Source: an uncultured Gemmatimonadales bacterium (GTDB taxonomy: Bacteria; Gemmatimonadota; Gemmatimonadetes; Gemmatimonadales; GWC2-71-9). Taken from it: a DNA stretch of 64,000 bases. Location: the NCBI GenBank assembly GCA_963821525.1, contig CAWGED010000008.1:227773-291772 (forward strand). The letters run 5' to 3'. Of the stretch, positions 61,377 through 64,000 are shown in pieces. Positions within the stretch are counted from its first letter, which is position 1. Each line of letters opens with the position of its first letter. The notes below the pieces were generated by a model, which had not been told where the DNA came from, did no database searches, and was given only the letters and a program-made list of their open reading frames with translations. Position numbers and translations under genes: made by a program.

Positions 61377-63193
61377 ATGCTGAAGGCTGTACCCGTCCTG
61401 ACGATCGCCGGCCTGGCGCTCACAACCCCGCTCGCGGCCCAGGCTCCGAAGGCTTCCGTTTCGGCCCCCATCTCCCACGTCACTTACGACGTCACGTTCG
61501 ATACGGCCACGGCGAAGAACCGCTCGCTCAAGGTTTCGATGCAGTTCGGCGTCACCGGCCCGGGGGATGTTCTGCTCTCGCTCCCCAGCTGGACGCCGGG
61601 CGCCTACGAGGTGACCAACTTCGCCCGCTGGGTATCGAACTTCACACCCACGTCCGAGGGTAAGGAGCTGGGCTGGGACAAGCTCGACTACGACACCTGG
61701 CGGATCCGCGCCGCGGGCGCCAAGTCGATCACCGTCGCCTTCGATTTCCAGGCCGACACGCTCGACAACGCGATGGCATGGACTCGACCCGACTTCCTTC
61801 TGTTCAACGGCACCAACGTCTTCATGTACCCCGAAGGCCGCAGCCTCACCTTTCCCGCCACGGTGCGGATCCATACCGAGTCAGACTGGCTGGTCGCGAC
61901 CGGGATGCATCGAGGGACTGAAGCCGGAACCTACGGCGAGAAGAATTATCACGACCTGGTGGACATGCCGTTCTTCATCGGGAAATTCGAGCTCGACAGC
62001 AACATGGTGAACGGCAAGATGGCGCGACTCGCGACCTATCCCGTGGGAACCCTCTTCGGTCCGGCGCGCGACTCCACCTGGAATGACATCAAGCGCATGA
62101 TCCCCACCGAGGGCGCGGTGTTCCAGGAGACGCAGTGGGACACCTACAACGTCATGATGATCTTCTCGCCCGATTTCCCGGGCGGGTCGGCGCTCGAACA
62201 CCAGAACTCGCACGTCGGGGTCTACACTCCGCAGCTGATCGGCACGCCGATTCTGCCCTCGATCACTGCCCACGAGATGTTCCATTCGTGGAATGTGAAG
62301 CGGATGCGGCCGTCGGAGATGGTGCCCTACCGCTACGACCAGGCGCAGCCCACCGTGTGGCTCTGGGTGAGCGAAGGGATCACCGACTACTACGCCGATC
62401 TCACCCTGGTCCGCAGCGGGATCGTGGATTCAGCCGCGTTCTTCGAGGAGACCGGCAACAAGATCGCGAACGTCCAGCAGACCGTGCCGGTGGCACTCGA
62501 GGATGCCTCGCTCTCCACCTGGATCCATCCCACCGACGGGACCGGCTACATCTACTATCCCAAGGGCTCTCTCGCCGGCTTCATGCTCGACATCCTGATC
62601 CGCGACGCGAGCGACAACAAGCGCTCGCTCGACGATGTGATGCGGAGCGTCTACCGCTCGACCTACAAGGTCGGCAAAGGCTTCACCGGCACCGACTGGT
62701 GGGCAGCAGTGAGCAAGGCGGCAGGCGGGAAGGACTTCAAGCAGTTCAACGCGCATTACGTCGATGGCCGAGAACCGTATCCCTGGGACAGCATTCTCCC
62801 GCTCGCCGGTCTCCGCCTCCGTAGCGACACGACTCAGGTCCCACGGCTCGGCGTCAGCACCGATCCCGATTCCGCGAGCGGCGGCGCCAGGGTGACCCAG
62901 ATTGTCCCCGGAAGTGCTGCGGAAGGAGCGGGCCTCAAGCTTGGAGACGTCCTTCTTTCGATCGGCGATCTCAAGATCACCACCAATGACTTCGGTCCCG
63001 CCTACCGGCAGATGTATACCGGCAAGGACAGCCTCCCGATTCCCTTCGTGATCAAGCGGGGAGACTCGACCATGACCTTGAACGGCAAGGTCCGGTTGGT
63101 CGAGAACATCGAGACCCACCTGGAGGCGGACCCGAACGCGAGTGCGAAGGCGGCGGGGATAAGGCGTGGGATAATGACGGGACGGTTGAGTAG
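61377..63193 (+). CDS. M61 glycyl aminopeptidase with PDZ domain, exported
   Basis: 'LPSWTPGAY', 'ALEH', HEMFHSWN, 'EGITDYY' and PDZ. The true stop is probably TAG 63191 after a 1-G indel; the ORF track runs to 63326. Confidence 0.9.
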
Positions 63194-63388
63194 GCGGACA
63201 GGACGGACAGGACGGACAGGACGGAGAAAGGGAACGGGAACGGGAACAGGAGTAACAGCGAAACGCTGTCATTCCGAGAGCAAGCGAGATGACGATGCCG
63301 CCTTGTTGGATTCCTGTTCCCCGTGACAGCCTTTATTTCCGTTCCTGTTCTGCCTGTTCGTCCTGTTCCCTGTTCCCTGTTCTTCCCG
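63194..63388. repeat. GGACAGGAC/GGGAAC arrays and inverted TCCTGTTC arrays around a degenerate REP (63268-63293)
   Basis: GTCATTCCGAGAGCAAGCGAGATGAC between a purine-rich and a pyrimidine-rich arm. Confidence 0.7.
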
Positions 63389-63399
63389 CTTTGGCTGCC

Positions 63400-63888
63400 A
63401 TGTCCGAAACATCGTTTTACGCGACGCAGATCCAGGCCACCCAGTCCGGCGATCCCTGGTACGGACCTCCCATCACCCAAGTGGTCGAAGGGCTCACTTC
63501 GCAGCAGGCCTCGGCGCGGCCGATTCCCAACGCGCACTCGATCTGGGAGATCATCCTCCACATGACGAGCTGGGTGCGCGAGGTGAAGCGCCGGCTGGAG
63601 CAGGGCAATCCGCATGAGCCTGACGACGGCGACTGGCCGCCGGTCCCCGATCCCACCGAGGGCAACTGGTGGCAGGCGCTCGATGAATTGGAAACAGCCC
63701 ACGCCGAGTTGCGGGAGCAGCTATTCCGGACCCCGGAGAAAAAGCTGGAGGACATGGTGGGGCCGGTGCGGGATCCGGCGGCCGGGACCGGGGTGTCGTA
63801 TGCGGCGATGATGCAGGGATTGCTGCAGCACGATGCGTATCATCTAGGACAGGTGGCGTTGCTGAAGAAAGCAGTCGAGAGTCGATAG
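63400..63888 (+). CDS. DinB-family protein
   Basis: 'HSIWEIILHM..W' and 'QHDAYHLGQV'. Confidence 0.9.
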   Translation: MSETSFYATQIQATQSGDPWYGPPITQVVEGLTSQQASARPIPNAHSIWEIILHMTSWVREVKRRLEQGNPHEPDDGDWPPVPDPTEGNWWQALDELETAHAELREQLFRTPEKKLEDMVGPVRDPAAGTGVSYAAMMQGLLQHDAYHLGQVALLKKAVESR

Positions 63889-63907
63889 TCCAGAGTCTGA
63901 AAAGCGC

Positions 63908-64000
63908 TCAGTCCTCGTACAACTCGCTCACGTCGCTGGCACCTACTGGCCGAAAAGCTGGAATCAATCCGACGGCCACCGCCGCGGGCCGTGAGAAGCA
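63908..64000 (-). CDS. 3' end of a gene entering from outside the window
   Basis: Open frame '..AVAVGLIPAFRPVGASDVSELYED*'; loosely resembles an ABC-permease C-terminus. Confidence 0.3.
   Translation of the reverse strand, partial: CFSRPAAVAVGLIPAFRPVGASDVSELYED

Noticed and set aside
63194..63326. RTG/GT-repeat tail on the M61 peptidase
   Set aside because: Adding one G at ~63180 gives ..TGTVE* at 63193; the tail is translated intergenic repeat.

Overview
This is a GC-rich bacterial chromosomal segment, most consistent with Gemmatimonadota. That assignment is an inference from several 'ERFLRE'-type Ser/Thr kinases, Ig-domain lipoproteins and lineage-typical hypothetical genes. It holds about 50 protein genes, mostly housekeeping or metabolic: lon, a fused 2-oxoacid dehydrogenase E1, kgd/sucA, fadI-fadJ, glpD, tkt-tal, rsgA, proline dehydrogenase, several peptidases, a short Rho paralog next to topoisomerase IB, and TetR, TrmB and CarH-like regulators. 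About 20 single-base frameshifts fall even in core genes and are most likely long-read assembly indels. I saw no rRNA, tRNA, CRISPR array, prophage or transposase. The most interesting signals are non-coding. (1) A stand-alone GIY-YIG nuclease gene is bracketed by three 36-nt REP-like palindromes (GTCATTGCGAG-N13-CGAAGCAATCCC) whose 13-nt cores differ in sequence but all fold, and related nuclease-free REP doublets occur elsewhere in the window. This is a candidate REPtron/REPIN-like system with a GIY-YIG enzyme in place of a RAYT transposase. (2) About 14 intergenic arrays of 7-9-nt repeats occur, mostly each with its own unit, usually as fold-back pairs, often starting in a stop codon and sometimes wrapping a REP.
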